Source: Promethearchaeota archaeon (GTDB lineage: Archaea; Asgardarchaeota; Lokiarchaeia; Sigyniarchaeales; SOKP01). From it: a stretch of DNA of 16,613 nucleotides. Location: positions 1 to 16,613 of the forward strand of contig SDNY01000078.1 in NCBI GenBank assembly GCA_004524535.1, written 5' to 3'. The translations under genes and the position numbers were made by a program. This document shows, piece by piece, positions 15,532 through 16,613 of the stretch; within the stretch, counting starts at the first letter, position 1; the number at the start of each line of letters is the position of its first letter. The notes under the pieces were generated by a model. The model searched no databases. It worked only from the letters and a program-made list of their open reading frames with translations, and was not told the DNA's origin.

Positions 15532-16329
15532 TTGGAAACAATTTTACCATTTAGGCACGAAGACGAGAAAACACTTTTAAATAAAGTGCATCCTACAGTT
15601 AGGATAATATTACCTTTTATTTTTGTAATTCCATTTCTTCTTATCAATAGTATTTACTTAATATCCACCTTCATAATAATTACATATTTCTTTAGCGTGA
15701 TCGCATGTTTACCTCTTTTGAGAATTATCTCCCGGTTAAAGAATATAATCCCTTTCATAATTTTAATTACCGTTTTTATTCCATTTTATATAGGAGAAAC
15801 TATAATCTTTCGAATTGAAATAGGAATTACACTTAATATTTATAAAGAAGGATTATCGCGAGCGTTATTATTATTTATGAGAATTTTTGGAGCCACATTT
15901 ATTTTTATGTCATTCTTTTCATCCTTAACATATTCAGAGTTTATTGAAGCTCTAAAAACTATGAGGCTTCCTTCTTTTTTTGTTGGTAGTTTCATTATAA
16001 TGCTTCATTATATTCCAATCATAGCCAGTTCAAATAAAAAAATATTAGAGGCTCAAGAACTCCGAGGTAAAAAAATAACGAATTATTGGGAAAAATTAAA
16101 AGCCCATGCTTATGCAATGGGAAAAAGTCTTGTAGCGAACATGGAACGTAGCGAAAAATTATACGAGAGTCTAAAAATGCGAGGGTTTACCGGTAAGCTA
16201 ACGTTTGCGTCGAGGAGAATTAAAATAATTGATATAATGCTGTTGCTACTCTTTCTTGCTATTGCTGTATATTTTATTTATTTTATAAATCTAGTAGAAT
16301 TATATAAAGAGGTTTTTGCTCTATTTTAG
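15532..16329 (+). CDS. cbiQ: ECF transmembrane T component CbiQ/NikQ
   Basis: LNKVHPTVRI, ALKTMRLP, AQELRG and SEKLYESLKMRGF coupling-helix motifs; TTG start after GGAG/AGGA. Confidence 0.9.
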   Translation: METILPFRHEDEKTLLNKVHPTVRIILPFIFVIPFLLINSIYLISTFIIITYFFSVIACLPLLRIISRLKNIIPFIILITVFIPFYIGETIIFRIEIGITLNIYKEGLSRALLLFMRIFGATFIFMSFFSSLTYSEFIEALKTMRLPSFFVGSFIIMLHYIPIIASSNKKILEAQELRGKKITNYWEKLKAHAYAMGKSLVANMERSEKLYESLKMRGFTGKLTFASRRIKIIDIMLLLLFLAIAVYFIYFINLVELYKEVFALF

Positions 16330-16613
16330 CTGTAGAAATAAAAAATTTGAATTTTAGCTATAAAAATGGTTTTAGTGTTCAGAACTTATCGTTAAAAATA
16401 GAAGAAAACTCAATTTATGCTTTAACGGGAAATAATGGTTCAGGTAAAACAACATTATTAAGGTTGTTAGTTGGGTTATTAAAACCAAAATCTGGAACAA
16501 TCAAGATTTTTGATGAAGTCCTTACGAGAAATAGAAAGCAATTATGGAAGGTTAGGCAAAACATTGGATTTTTATTCCAAAATCCCGACGATCAATTATT
16601 TGCTCCAACTATA
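16323..16613 (+). CDS. cbiO: ECF ATPase CbiO/NikO, partial (runs off the right edge); probable ATT start
   Basis: Manual translation ILAVEIKNLNFSYK...GNNGSGKTTLL (Walker A)...IGFLFQNPDDQLFAPT (CbiO Q-loop); overlaps the cbiQ stop. Confidence 0.9.
   Translation, partial: MLAVEIKNLNFSYKNGFSVQNLSLKIEENSIYALTGNNGSGKTTLLRLLVGLLKPKSGTIKIFDEVLTRNRKQLWKVRQNIGFLFQNPDDQLFAPTI

Noticed and set aside
1-16613. CRISPR array, tRNA/rRNA genes, IS elements or integrase
   Set aside because: By eye I found no regularly spaced repeats, GC-rich structured RNA segments, transposase or recombinase motifs, or terminal inverted repeats. An Infernal/tRNAscan run would be needed to exclude small ncRNAs.

Overview
AT-rich archaeal chromosomal window, very probably from an Asgard archaeon (Lokiarchaeia-like). 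Support for this: ribosomal protein eS26, TrmY, three small GTPases (two Rab-like, one Arf/Rag-like with a roadblock-like tail), a longin/roadblock-like protein, and an LRR protein with a domain typical of Lokiarchaeia. Housekeeping and transport genes are rps26e, a CDP-alcohol phosphatidyltransferase, trmY, an acyl-CoA ligase, a GPH/MFS sugar transporter and a Ni/Co ECF transporter (M-N-Q-O). The main discovery lies in the apparently empty gap at 4762-5739. A 20-aa ORF missing from the ORF track (5473-5535, minus strand, MKIVKKVKRASAACKCGDSC) has its own TATA-like box and oligo-T terminator. It is divergent from a radical SAM/SPASM gene with a putative RRE domain, which is followed by a small 3-Cys protein gene. 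Together these look like a compact RiPP (ranthipeptide/sactipeptide-like) biosynthetic system in an Asgard archaeon. The same gap holds decayed, mobile-element-like small ORF fragments. The window also contains an alpha/beta-hydrolase pseudogene, candidate ATT/ATA start codons and a candidate NikR-like operator. All family calls come from motif recognition by eye; no database search was run.
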